Shown: positions 49,544 to 61,682 of the stretch, one piece after another
Numbering within the stretch: position 1 is the stretch's first letter
How the letters are laid out: each line of letters opens with the position of its first letter
Assembly (NCBI RefSeq): GCF_947568905.1
Contig: NC_079167.1
Coordinates: 10,416,001-10,480,000, forward strand
Reading direction: 5' to 3'
Length of the DNA stretch: 64,000 nucleotides
DNA from: Ostrea edulis
Taxonomy: Eukaryota
Position numbers and translations under genes: made by a program
The notes under the pieces: generated by a model
The model's database searches: none
What the model was told of the DNA's origin: nothing
The model's input: the letters and a program-made list of their open reading frames with translations, nothing else

Positions 49544-52500
49544 GTGAAATTTCAAGTAGACAGTGGTACCACGTGCAATATCCTCCCACACAAGTACCTG
49601 AGTGACAAAAATATCATCACAAAGACTGACCAGATACTTTCTATGTACAACAACACAACTATCAAGCCACTGGGCAAATGTCACCTTAAATTCACAAATC
49701 CGAAGAACGGAGGAAAGTACAAAGCAGACTTTGTAGTACTTGATGGACCATGTCAACCAATACTTGGTTCTAAAACATCACAAGCCTTGAAATTGATCAC
49801 AGTTAAAACGAAATTATTCTTGAACTCAGCATGAAAAAGACAGAAGCACTTACAAGAGAAAAAGTCTGTAGCAAATTTCAAGACGTGTTCACAGGATTAG
49901 GACTGCTTGAGGGAGATTACCACTTGCAGCTAGATCCAAATGCAAAACCAGTCATTCATGCACCACGCAAAGTCCCACTTGCTATCAAGAAAGACCTAGA
50001 AAATGAATTAGAAAGACTTGTGAAACTTAGAATCTTAGCTAAAGTGACTGAACCAACACCATGGGTCTCAAGCTTGGTTGTAGCACGAAAACCAAGTGGG
50101 AAACTTAGAGTGTGCATAGACCCTCAGGATCTGAACAAGGGACTTCAGCGAGCACATTACCCAATGCCAACTATTGATGACATCTTGCCTGATTTGTCCG
50201 ATGCAAAATGTTTCAGTGTCCTTGATGCCAAAGACGGATTTTGGCATGTTCGTCTTGATTATGAGAGCTCCCTCATGACTACATTCAACAGTCCATTTGG
50301 AAGGTTCCGCTGGCTCCGCATGCCATTTGGAATCAACACAGCACCGGAGGAATTCCAGCGCCGCCAGCACCAGGCACTCGAAGGGCTGCCTGGAGTAAAA
50401 AGCATACACGACGACATACTTGTGATCGGGGAAGGAAAGACAGTAGCAGAAGCACAAGAAGACCATGACAGAAACTTCATGCGGCTCATGGAACGATGCA
50501 GAGAAAAGCAGCTAAAGTTAAACAAGGACAAAATGAAGTTTCGCCAATCACAAGTGAAATTCATTGGCCATACAATAACAGCCGAAGGACTGAAAGCAGA
50601 CCCTGAAAAGGTAAAGGCAGTCCTGGATATGCCGAATCCAACTGATGTTGCTGGAGTACGTAGGTTCATTGGGTTTGTGACCTACTTGGCAAAATTTCTC
50701 CCAAAACTCAGTGACATCTGTGAACCACTACGTAATCTCACCCAGAAAGACATTGAATGGCACTGGACATCAGAGCATGACAACGCGGTGAGGCAAGTGA
50801 AAAAATTTAGTCACAACAGATCCGGTATTGTAGTACTTTAATCCAGAAAAAGAACTAACATTGCAATGTGATGCCTCAGAAAAAGGACTCGGAGCAGCTT
50901 TGTTACAGGATGACAGACCACTTGCCTTCGCCAGCCGAGCGTTAACTACAACTGAAACTCGATATGCGCAAATTGAAAAAGAGCTTCTAGCAGTGGTATT
51001 TGGACTTGAACGCTTCAATGTCTGCACGTTTGGCAGACCAGTATTGGACAATCAGACCACAAACCTCTAGAGATAATCGTAAACAAGCCTCTTTACAAAG
51101 CTCCAAAGCGTCTCCAGAGCATGCTACTCAGAATGCAGAAGTATGAGGTGCGCTTGAAGTACCGTCCTGGAAAGAACACGGAGATTGCAGATACTTTGAG
51201 CCGCGCATATCTGCCTAACGAACAACCGTCAAAGTTCGAATCAACAGTAGAAGCAATCAATATGCTCCAGTTCTTACCCATTGCACCAGACCGTCTAGAA
51301 GACATTCAGAATCAAACTGCAAAAGATGCTGCTCTACAAGAGTTAGGCTCAACTATCAGCAATGGCTGGCCAAACAACAGAAACTCCATTCCAGCGCTCA
51401 TAGGCTCTTACTTCGATATAAGAGATGAGCTGTCTATTCAAAATGGGATCATTTTCAAAGGAGACAAAGCTGTCATTCCACAAACACTCCGCAAGGATAT
51501 GCTGAGGAGGATTCATTCATCACACCTTGGAGTTGAGGGATGCCTGCGACGAGCCAGAGAATCAGTATACTGGCCACAAATGAACACTGAGGTCAAAGAC
51601 TTCATACAAAAGTGTGAAACATGTCGCGCTTTTGACAACAATCAAACAAAAGAACCTCTAAAACATTAAGAAGTACCACCACGTCCCTGGGCAAAACTTG
51701 GTTTAGACATCTTTACATTTGACCAACGTAATTATCTGATTGCGACTGATTATTTCTCTAACTACTTTGAGATGGATCCCTTGGATCATATGACATCTCG
51801 GGAGGTCATCAAAAGGCTTCGAGCTCAGTTTGCAAGACATGGCATACCAGACCTATGCATGTCAGACAACGGTCCACAGTTTGCCTCTGAGGAATTTGCA
51901 AATTTTGCACGAATGTGGGAATTTGAACACGCAACATCTTCGCCTCATTGCCCACAAAGCAATGGGAAAGCCGAACAAGCTGTTAATGTGGCCAAACAGA
52001 TTTTAAGGAAGGCAAAACATGCAAAATCTTATCCTTACCTAGCATTGTTGGATTACCGAAACACGTCAACCCAACATGTGGGAACTAGTCCAGTCATGCG
52101 GCTTATGGGTAGGAGAACAAAAACACTCCTCCCTACCAAAGGAAAGCTACTACAACCAAAGGATGCCTCATTTGAGAAGGAGAAGATAGACATGGCCAAG
52201 CAAAAACAAGCAGAATACTACAACAGAGCTGCGCATCCATTGCCACCATTATCAGTCGGCGAGACAGTCCGCGTAAAAACTCCTCATAGACCATGGGAAA
52301 AAGGAACCATAACTGGGACTAAACCAGATATAAGATCATATGAAGTCAAAACAGAAGCAGGAGGTAGTTATATTAGGAACAGGAAACACCTAAGAAAATC
52401 AAGCGAGATCCCTGTGTCATGTGACAATCTAGAGGATATCCCAGGTGAAATCGAAGCTGTCCCCGAGCCAAATCCAATAAAAGAATCTAAAAACACTATC

Positions 52501-52560
52501 ACTCGATCGGGACGCGAAGTCAGGCCACCAGCAAAATACAATGACTTTGTGAAATCATAG
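49544..52560 (+). pseudogene. pol: Gypsy pol (protease, RT, RNase H, integrase), broken by frameshifts and stops
   Basis: PR FQVDSG; RT LRVCIDP, LDAKDGFW, RMPFG and IHDDIL; RH CDASEKGLG and EKELLAV; IN HSSHLG..CETC, SDNGPQF and SNGKAE. Frameshifts near 49810, 50805 and 51040, and a stop at 51667. Confidence 0.92.
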
Positions 52561-54526
52561 ACTATTATTGTTAGTAGAGAACTAATTAGTTGTTAGGTAT
52601 TGTAGCTAGAAAAGTTCTTCTTATATTGTGCTGATCTTATTAATTTGAAATTGAATTGAATACTCAGAGACACTGAATTTCTAGTCATTTAATTTATGTC
52701 AGTGCTAGTCATATAAGTCTATAAAGCAGTATTACTTTGGCCCTAGTCACTTCAAACATAATATAAATGTGTTCAACGTCCATAACAGTTCAACTAAAGA
52801 AAAGGGGATGTAACAATATGATTTGATCGGGTTCGTTATTCTATATATTGTTATGTTTTTAACGTTTGTAGTTCGCCATGCTTATTTGAACATCTTAATA
52901 AACGTAGTCTAGAATTGAGCTGCATTCCTTAATTCTGCAAGGTCCTACGTATTGAAACAATATATATATAAAACATTCTAGGCAGTAAAATCAGCTATGA
53001 GTGACGAAATAGATAAAGTCGTCCAAGAATAAGAACAGCAAGCAATAAATTAACACCTTTAAAATAGAAAAATTAGAGGAGGAGAACAAAAATCTGTTTC
53101 TAAAAGTAGACGAATTAAAGCTTTACGGGAGAAGACCTTTGATCAGGGTAACTGGAATTGAGGAGTCGACCCAAGAGAACACGACGGAAAAGATCCTGGA
53201 AGCAATCTATCAAGCCGGTATCCCTCTTGACAAAGATGTCATTACCTCACATCGAGTAGGGAAACCTAGCAGACACAACTCACGTCCACGGCAAATAATT
53301 GTCAGCCTAAAATCAGCTGATGTTAAGTTCCATCTGGTGAAAAACTCACACAAAAACAATACAGCCACCACCTCAATCCATATTAACGAGGATCTGACAA
53401 GTTTCCGAGACCGGTTAATGCATCTTGGGCGACAGCTTCTCCGGAAACGTGCACTTTAAGTTATTCAGTTAGTCCGGATTTTCAAATTATGAAAAGGTGT
53501 TTATAAGCGGATTTCATTCAACTTCTTTTGTAATTTTATTAAAGACACATATAATATTATTACAAAATATGAAAAACATTCCATCGGTAGACTTCCTCAA
53601 AATGGCATTTTCCTGAAAATATATAACGTTTACATAAAATTTCTTAACAATATTCCGTATTTATTTTTCTCGTTTTCATATCTTGTCTTCTCACATTAAT
53701 CATATTTAGAATGAACGATATCACTTTGATTAGTGACAATCAAACGAGAACAGGTAAAAAAAAAAAATACTGAATCGGAGGTTGACAACGAAATCTGTAA
53801 TTGAACTCTCGTTCATACATTGTATATTATGACAAAGTCATTCCCTAAAAAAGTTAATAAACTAGATGAAGCAAAAGGTTTAGAAGGGTTTACCCAAGCT
53901 TGTGGACAAGCACTTGTATTTAATAATCTTCTTTTGTTTCCATTTAAATTGTTTAAACGCACACGAAGGTCACGCTTAATCCTCCCAAGAGCATTAATAC
54001 ACCCCGTTAGAAGATCATGCATCCACATTGATTTATAACCACTTTCATTTCGACAGCAGGTGGTGTGTTTTACTTCATAAACAGAACAATGAAGGATGAC
54101 AGCCTAGAACAAATGGACAATGGATGACAAAAGAATTGGTTAAAACAATTCCAGAGGAGATAACTTTTAATATGGTAAGTTTTTTAAATACCCCTTCCTC
54201 ACAATGTAGGTATCTGGCGTCTATTTAAAAATATCTGTAACATGAACTACATAATGATCTACCTATAAAGATCGTGTCAAATTGTTGAAATTATTTTGTT
54301 TCTAGTTTACCTAACAAAAGTTTAAAAATCAACGTGGATTTAAATTCAATTTCAGATAAGGGATATCGGAATTTCTTTACAACACAAAACTGGGCTGACA
54401 TACGTCTACCTATCTTTCCACAGGTAGAAAAGAAATAAATGATGTTTAAATTCAACGAGGCCAATCAAATAGAAACCTAATCTCACAAGATATTGAAAGT
54501 GCTTTGTGTAATCCTCATCCTTCATA

Positions 54527-55660
54527 ATGTCTTCGTATATCATTACACATAACTGTGAGTCCTGTTGGACGAGACGCGTCAGACAGACAGCCAGTTCTAT
54601 GTGCAATGACTGTCGTATACCTATGTGCGATGCTTGCTCAGAACACCATAAAGGAAAGTTCATTCGCCACAATTTTTCAAGTCTTGTAAAGCAGGAGGAA
54701 TCAACAAAAGAGGACGAAAGTGATTATTATTACGAGGATAGTGACGACGAAAACTCGAATAAAAGCGATAAGGACGCCATAAAGATGTCCAAACTTCTGC
54801 TGAAGGAAATTTCGGTGAAGCTTCCGGACGAAAAAGACTGCAAAGTTTCCGGCTTGTCTGCTTTCCAGAATGACGTCAGTACTTTGGTGGCAGATGTCGA
54901 AAACAGAATGCTGAAACTGTTTGACAATAATCTAGAATTGAAATGGACAGTTCCCGTGACCCGGGATTGTGTTGGCGTCACTGTGGTCTCTGAGCAATCC
55001 TTCGCCACCATTGCTGGGAAAAAGCTTCAATACTGGGATGTTGAGACCAACGAAGATGGCATAGCTATTCCTAAGAAGGAGGAAGAAGTGGAAATTAGCC
55101 ACACCGGGTTTGCTGTACATTCTAATGGCAAATACATAGGAGTTCTGATGAGCTCTGACCATCAAGTTCAGATATTTCACATCTCGTGTGACGAGATGCA
55201 ATCTATTGACTTGCATACAATAACCAACAGAGCCATTACTCCAGGCTTTACACTTCTCCTGGACTCAGATCTAGACCGTTTCTACATTTCAGACAGGGAC
55301 TATGTCAACGGGACCAAACTTCTGAGTGTGTCCTTCACAGGGGATCTGGTGTGGGAGTGCCCCGTCCCCGCGTCTGTCGGGGGAATCGCCGAGTGTGACA
55401 ATCTTCTGTTTGTGGTCAGTATAGGTTATGCTAAGATTCACATGATCACTAAGGACGGCATGGAGGTGGGAACTCTGGTCTCTGACGAAGGAAAGCTTCC
55501 CTTCCATATTTGTACCCAACCTCTTGATAAGACGTTGATTGTTTCCCATAACTTCACTGGAAGTGATAGAAATATTATAAGGGTATATACTTTAGATGAG
55601 ATCCTTTATGAACAGGAAAAATTCGAGAAGGACGATGATGATGAGCTAGAATTGCCTTGA
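54527..55660 (+). CDS. B-box zinc-finger plus NHL-like beta-propeller protein, single coding exon, 377 aa
   Basis: Uninterrupted ORF with C-x2-C-x12-C-x2-C-x4-C-x2-C-x3-H-x6-H at the N-terminus, an acidic linker, and propeller-like repeats (VSGLSAF..LVADVENRMLKLFD; FYISDRD; GGIAEC..LFVV..KIHMITKDG). A candidate 5' UTR donor lies at 54175. Confidence 0.85.
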   Translation: MSSYIITHNCESCWTRRVRQTASSMCNDCRIPMCDACSEHHKGKFIRHNFSSLVKQEESTKEDESDYYYEDSDDENSNKSDKDAIKMSKLLLKEISVKLPDEKDCKVSGLSAFQNDVSTLVADVENRMLKLFDNNLELKWTVPVTRDCVGVTVVSEQSFATIAGKKLQYWDVETNEDGIAIPKKEEEVEISHTGFAVHSNGKYIGVLMSSDHQVQIFHISCDEMQSIDLHTITNRAITPGFTLLLDSDLDRFYISDRDYVNGTKLLSVSFTGDLVWECPVPASVGGIAECDNLLFVVSIGYAKIHMITKDGMEVGTLVSDEGKLPFHICTQPLDKTLIVSHNFTGSDRNIIRVYTLDEILYEQEKFEKDDDDELELP

Positions 55661-57280
55661 TAGTCTGATATTGAAATTACATATTCTAATGCAAAATTAT
55701 GGCACACATTCATTAAGATTACATATTTTATAAAGACCTATCCCTCGCCTTATCTCAAGAGGTATATGTATTATACATTGTATATACTGTACATGTAAAT
55801 GTATAAATAACAGATTACGGTTATACACGAGAGCATTCATACTTTTGAGATCAAGAGGGGGGATTTTGATCCGATATCTTGCTCTGAATGATTACCTGCT
55901 AGCTTGAATAACTATTTGTCCATGAAATGAAACTGGTATTTAAACTTCGTTTTCTTAAGGGGAATAGAAAATTAATTTGGACGAGGTCCAATTTTAACAT
56001 TAGATTGATGTCTGAATAGAAGTGATTGAATATTTGAAAGGAGGGGAGGGACCCCCCCCCCCCCCAAACACACACACCTGAGAGGTGTGTTTTTAAAATG
56101 TTGTTAGAAATCTAGAAATAAATCTGAGAAATAAACTGTTATTTTTATTATTTGACTTCATAGTAATCATTTCGATATAGTTGAAAGTTCATGGGTGTAT
56201 AATTGTCTACTTTCATTAAACGCTTTTAATTAATATATATAAAGTGTCATGGGTATTTCCCCATTGAATATATTTTTATTATATGTAATTTTGAAGATTT
56301 TAAGTGCATGCATATACTCATCCGTTTCTGGTACTCTTTGGGTGCATGTAAATGTTTGTTAATTACTCATTTTTCGTGCAGTTCGTGTGCATTTCATTGT
56401 CCTTTACAGGAGCAAGTAAATATCCGTTTATATATTGCACTATTTGGGTACATGTATTTGTGCGTTTCTCATACACTTTCGATACTTGTAACTGTCCATT
56501 TCTCATACACTCTAAGTGCATGTAATTTTGTCTTAATGTCTTACCCGTGTATACATAAAAATTTGAACACCTGTTGAGGCAAGTTGGGGCTTATATCTAA
56601 AATTCTGAACTTTCAAACCGAAATGCATGTGTATGTAAAACGTTTGACGTAGCACGTTATATACCAACCAGTTCCATAATGTTTTTGCAAATCTGGATTA
56701 CAGATACCGACTAAGTGAGCAGTGGTGTTTTATTGAGTAATCCATTCAAAGTCTTAAGCTTCTTTCGTTGATTAGTATAAATCCATGAAGCGCTAATAAA
56801 GATATGACGCGCGTATTAAATCATGATTCATTAATACAAGTACTTTGAAAAAATGTTCAATGAGACCACCTATCATTTCACCAACATTTAAACCTTTAAC
56901 ATTAAAAGAAATGGTGTTATTTTTATTTTCAACAGCAACAAAAGGAAAAACAAATATATACAAAAAAATAAATTATTAGTTGCCATCAATGTAACAGTCA
57001 GCGAATATCAGTATATACATATCAAATTACTTTAAACTTGAAGCTCTAAATAGGCGCAACGTTTGTCAAATATGATATCAAACCACAACCTTCTATATTT
57101 ATATACAAGCATGGACAGGAAAACCCCGTTCACGATCACTGAATCACTTTCCATTGGACAGTCGTAAAGAAATCATTATCCAGTTAAGTCGATCACTTCA
57201 ATCATTTTCAGTTTGTGTCTGATCGGATCAACACTCCATATTTTTCTGACAGCAGCTCAGTCTCCAGTCTGAAATTCCTT

Positions 57281-57429
57281 TCTTGAGATGAAAGTTTCCA
57301 TGTCCTTTTTTCACAGCCTGTTGAGGTTGTTCTTGAGATGAAAGTTTCCATGTCCTTTTTTCACAGCCTGTTGAGGTTGTTCTAGAGATGAAAGTTTCCA
57401 TGTCCTTTTCACAGCCTGTTGAGATTGTT
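57281..57429. repeat. 50-bp tandem repeat, 3 copies, spanning the stop codon of the ZP gene
   Basis: tcttgagatg-type units start at 57281, 57331 and 57381; the TGA at 57409-57411 is in the first unit on the minus strand. Confidence 0.9.
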
Positions 57430-59330
57430 GGACTCCTGTATAAATACGTCATTGGACTTATTCATGGTGTCCTCAATCAAGTATACGAGTTTCTTGTAGA
57501 GCATCAATGTGACAACCAAGGACAATAGCAATGGAACAAATGAGGCGACACAAATAAGAACAAAGGTGTCCGTGTCTGTCTCTGACGTAGAACTGCTGCT
57601 CTCTGTAACTAAAGGGACCTTCCACTTCAAAATATTTCAATTCAGTGAAATTCTTTCGCGCTTAATTAGTGAAAGCAAAATTAATGAGAATAGTATTTTT
57701 TCTGCCAAATTATAAAAATGATATGGCAAAAGATGTATCTACTAAATTATCTGAATTAATCCTTCATGATATACTACTTCTTCACATTGTTAACAAACTT
57801 CGATAGTCACCAAATTCATGTGTCACAATATCACTCAGATTGATCTTGGTAACTTCTTCGTTCATACTCGGCAATCTCTTATGGACTTTGTAACTTACCC
57901 TCTCGTCTGCTGTGGAGTGGTTTTTCACTACTATACAGGACTGTGAAATTTACATCCACATACATCCTGTCATATTTGTCTCCATCATATCCAGATCCAA
58001 CTTGACAGGCATCCTACCGAAAGACGAATCAAAATTTTTAACGTGGAATGCTGTGACTATGGAGTGTTGTGAATAGCAACGATGAATTAGTGTAACAATA
58101 TGAAACCAGGGAGCATCATGACAATATTCTGCATACCTTGAAACACTCCCCAGAGTAATCGTAACAGAGAAGAACCTGGCACCGGAAGTATACATTTGTA
58201 CTCCCAGAAAACCTGGCACTCTGTAGGTACCCGGATGAGAAAATTTTTGGGTAATCCTGATTACTTGTCAACTCAGAAAATGTCGAATCTATGGTGAAAA
58301 TATCGTTCTCTGCTCCCATCATGCACCTAACAAGAGAAAATTTTAGTCATGAAAATTATTGAATGGGCACAATTATCATCACAATTTGTGAAAGGAAGGT
58401 TTGTAAACCATGAAAGGTGAAGATAACGAACAGTGATCAATCTCATAACATATAATTAACCATACCCATTTTGATCAATGAAGGTAATAGTAGTTCCACC
58501 ATCACCCCATACATTGTTTGATTTCGCTATACAGTTTGTAAATTGGATTTCCCCGGCAGCTTGTGTACCTTGAAAAAAATTGTGGAGCTTTAAACATACA
58601 TATTTCCTTGCCAAAGTATAAAGAAACGATTTCAGATGGTATGAATTTGCTAAAATATGCACACATGATACCTTTAGGATAACCCTTCAAATCATACGGA
58701 CTTGAGCCTACAAATCAGACAACAATTCAGTCATTTATTGTAATCATATTTTATATAAGAACTGAGAAGTTTCATTTATCATAATTTAGTTTGTATTCAT
58801 GCTTTTCACGTAAGAAGGGATCGATGCACAACACATTGTTTACCTGAAAATATGTCAATGTCTTCATCCACGCTTTCATCACAGTCGCTGTCTACCAGGT
58901 CTCCACTAAAACCTAGCGTCTTGCTACATTTCTGAAGGACAAAACAAATCATTTTCACTCGATTTTGCATTACTGAAATAACATATTTTGTAGTAGGAAA
59001 TTTCAACACGATCATATTCACAAAAGTAAAAAACATACCAACTTTGTTTAGAAATTGGTTACAATGCAGGTGAAAGATTAAAAATCATCTTTACTTTATC
59101 ATCAATACCGAGTGATTAAACAACTTTAAAACTAAGATGCATATTAAGTTTGATACATTTTATAAATGATATTACCCAGACATTATCCAGATATGACTTG
59201 GAGGGCACCGTCACAGATAACTCACGATTGTCTCTCAGAAGTGTCAGGAAAGGTTTTCTTGGGTGGTAGACTTGTATTATTGGTCCAAACACCAACCCTA
59301 TTGGAAATGTGACCCCGACAAAGGTAAGTC
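57409..59330 (-). CDS. C-terminal exons of a ZP-domain transmembrane protein; complement join(59330-59176,58931-58844,58568-58466,58326-58137,58013-57899,57602-57409)
   Basis: Six GT-AG exons with matching phases (0,1,2,0,1). ZP-C-like IQFTNCIA..FIDQNGC..ARFSGSTNVYFRCQVLLC..C..DAC, a basic SRRE site, and TM FVLICVASFVPLLLSLVVTLMLY with a short tail. Confidence 0.75.
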
Positions 59331-60564
59331 CTAGAAAAGTTGTCGTTACATTGAAAAGAAATTTAGACGAAAACATATAGAACGTGATATATTTTATTAA
59401 ACCCATACTTTCTATGATGAATTCAGAAATGTTGTCATTCTTGACATTGGCTTGTGCTAGGGTGTTTTTCTGAACAGGACCGATTATTTTGAACCCACGT
59501 CATATAAACATATTAGGGCTTAGAATTTTAGCTTTAGCCTGTAAATCATGCGCAATAAGGTAACAGATGAATGTATGAGGGCAAGATCAATCCCAAGTAA
59601 CCAAAACTTGGGCAATCATTTGGAAAATATAGAAAATATAGATAATTTGCAGCTTCTCAAACAAGTTTAATGTTGTGGGAGGGGGGACTAACAAGTAGCA
59701 TCTTTGGTAAGTTTCATAACTCAATTTGCCTCCGAAAATGTCATTTCATGTAACTCATCAACAATTACATCACAAAAATCCTATCTCCTAGACTATAGGA
59801 ATTCCAATGACAAGCATTTATTTAAAATACGTTTTTTGGTCCCCATTCCATGAGTGCAATCGAAATTCTAAATCATTACTGTACATCTTCGAGATGTACC
59901 TAATCATTGAGAAGCGGAGGTTTTACCGAAGAAAATGTGACAGATGGACAGACAAATAGATAATACTACTTTCACTTTGACATTGATTTATTAGAGATGA
60001 AGATTCCCTAAGTCATTTGCACTCTATACAAGTGAGATTTCAATCAAATTGTAAGGATCTTGATGACTTCAAAATGTTGGTGCTTCTGTGTTTTTGACTG
60101 AACTTTAGTTCATGAGAAGATGGGAATATCCTTTGATTTCATTCAGATTCTAAGGGGTATATTCAGTGAGAGCACTGTGTAACCTTGGTCTTTCATTGTT
60201 GTCTTGATTTTCCCATCACCCTAACAGACAGGACACCCGCTTGTCCTTTGTATAATTCTGGCAGTACTAAACTACCCTAAAGTGACATTGTTCTGGCGCC
60301 ATTTTGACATTGTATATTAAACGGTTGTGCCCTCGTCTCACTGCTTTATCGACACTATCAAGAGCACTATCACCTCGGTAAAATATAAATGATTTAATGA
60401 TAGCATAGATTATAAGTCATTTGAATAAATTTTGAAAGTAATTGATTTGAATCGAGTTGTAACGGCTCCATGTGTATAGACACCATGGAATTTCTGCATA
60501 ATGTAATGCAAATGTGATGTTTTTGTAGATCATTAAAGACTTCCCCCCTCTCTCTCTCTCTTAC

Positions 60565-61599
60565 CTGAACGCCGAAGAATGCTTGACCACTGTAAAGTGG
60601 ACCCATTTACAACTCCAGCCAATGTTCCACTTATTTTGAGGTCATTTTGAAAACCGTCTTCAATCACTAGTAAAATTTCGTATTTAACATTCACGAAAGC
60701 TCCAAAGGTATACTGGGTAGACCACAGAGAACGAGGTATGATAGATGCGTGTCCCTTCACTGTATCTGACAGTGCAGTCTTAAAATATTGGCCACAAGTA
60801 AGTGGTGCACTAGATTCAATCATGCAGTGATGATTATTGGATGCTGTAAATGTCGTGCTTTGATACTGTTGTGCCACTCTTTGTTCCAATGAACCATCGT
60901 TACAGATATAACTTATCACCGTATTGACTGTAAATGATGTGCAGACGATCTCCCCATAACTGGGATAGAATACAAAGCTGTTTCCCATCTTGGTTGTGTC
61001 TGTTATCTGTTCTGCGTACCCATCAGGGCTTTCGGTGGTTTGTTTGGACCCCATAAAGACGGCCACGGGTTTTGTGGCTACGATTCGTAATTTTGTGATT
61101 AGTTCCTTTGCAACCACCTGCAGAGATTCATATGAATTCAACCCGGTAAGAGAGGCTGGAATGTCAAGTTTAGGTGTGTCACCTTCAATTGATATGTCTG
61201 TATCATTTTCAGTAGCAAGAATCACAATGGTGTTGTCCTTTAGGAGTCTGTTGATGACGTGGTCTCTTCCAAGTGTGTTTGTTGGATACACGGTGAATAT
61301 TGTTGAACTTAGAGTTGATTGATAGTTAAAAGAGTGGATGCAAATCTGATGAGTGGAAATGATGTGGATGGACTTATCAGTCACTCTTTCTGTGCCAATA
61401 TGCGGTTCTATAGTAAGCGTTACGGAACTGAAGTTCAAAACGAATTTTACTAAAGTCTCGCTGCCATTTGAGTCAGTGATAGTGACATTTACCGGTTGTG
61501 ATTGACGATGAGAAAATATCAGATAGTTCCTAAAAGAACTGGTGGAGTCGGAGTCCTGGGGCAGAGCCACCCAGAAGTCGTAACCACAGTTCCCCACTC
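60565..61599 (-). CDS. IgGFc-binding-protein N-terminal-like domain, one 1035-nt phase 1-1 exon of the same ZP gene
   Basis: Open frame (ORF 60533-61618) with GYDFWVALP, KSIHIIST, VYPTNTLGRDH, IVILATENDTDISI, RIVATKPVAVFMGS and HASIIPRSLWSTQYTF. Acceptor tttcttttag, donor gtaaga. Confidence 0.8.
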
Positions 61600-61682
61600 C
61601 TAAAAGAAATGACAACAATTCTTGTATCGTCTTGATATTAACACTGAATTTGTTTTGGAAAGTCAGTTGACAGAGTACTTAC

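Larger units (their letters stand above)
48305..52959 (+). mobile_element. Full-length Ty3/Gypsy LTR retrotransposon (Mag-like gag), 4655 bp, non-functional
   Basis: 151-bp LTRs TGT..ACA at 48305-48455 and 52809-52959 with 2 differences. PBS tggtgtcagaagt at 48456, PPT aagaaaagggga at 52797-52808, and a 5-bp TSD atata. Domain order is PR-RT-RH-IN. Confidence 0.95.
48016..53459 (+). pseudogene. Degraded LINE ORF1-like (coiled coil plus RRM) sequence split by the Gypsy insertion
   Basis: After the 3' LTR: KLEEENKNLFLKVDELKLYGRRPLIRVTGIEE..HRVGKP..RPRQIIVSL..IHINEDLT. The 5' part at 48016-48304 is only weakly supported. Confidence 0.6.

Noticed and set aside
48391-51305. Minus-strand ORFs over the Gypsy element
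   Set aside because: These are antisense shadows of gag-pol.
54730-55549. Minus-strand ORFs overlapping the B-box gene, and the + strand ORF 60990-61322 over the IgGFc exon
   Set aside because: They are antisense to well-supported coding exons and have no independent motifs.
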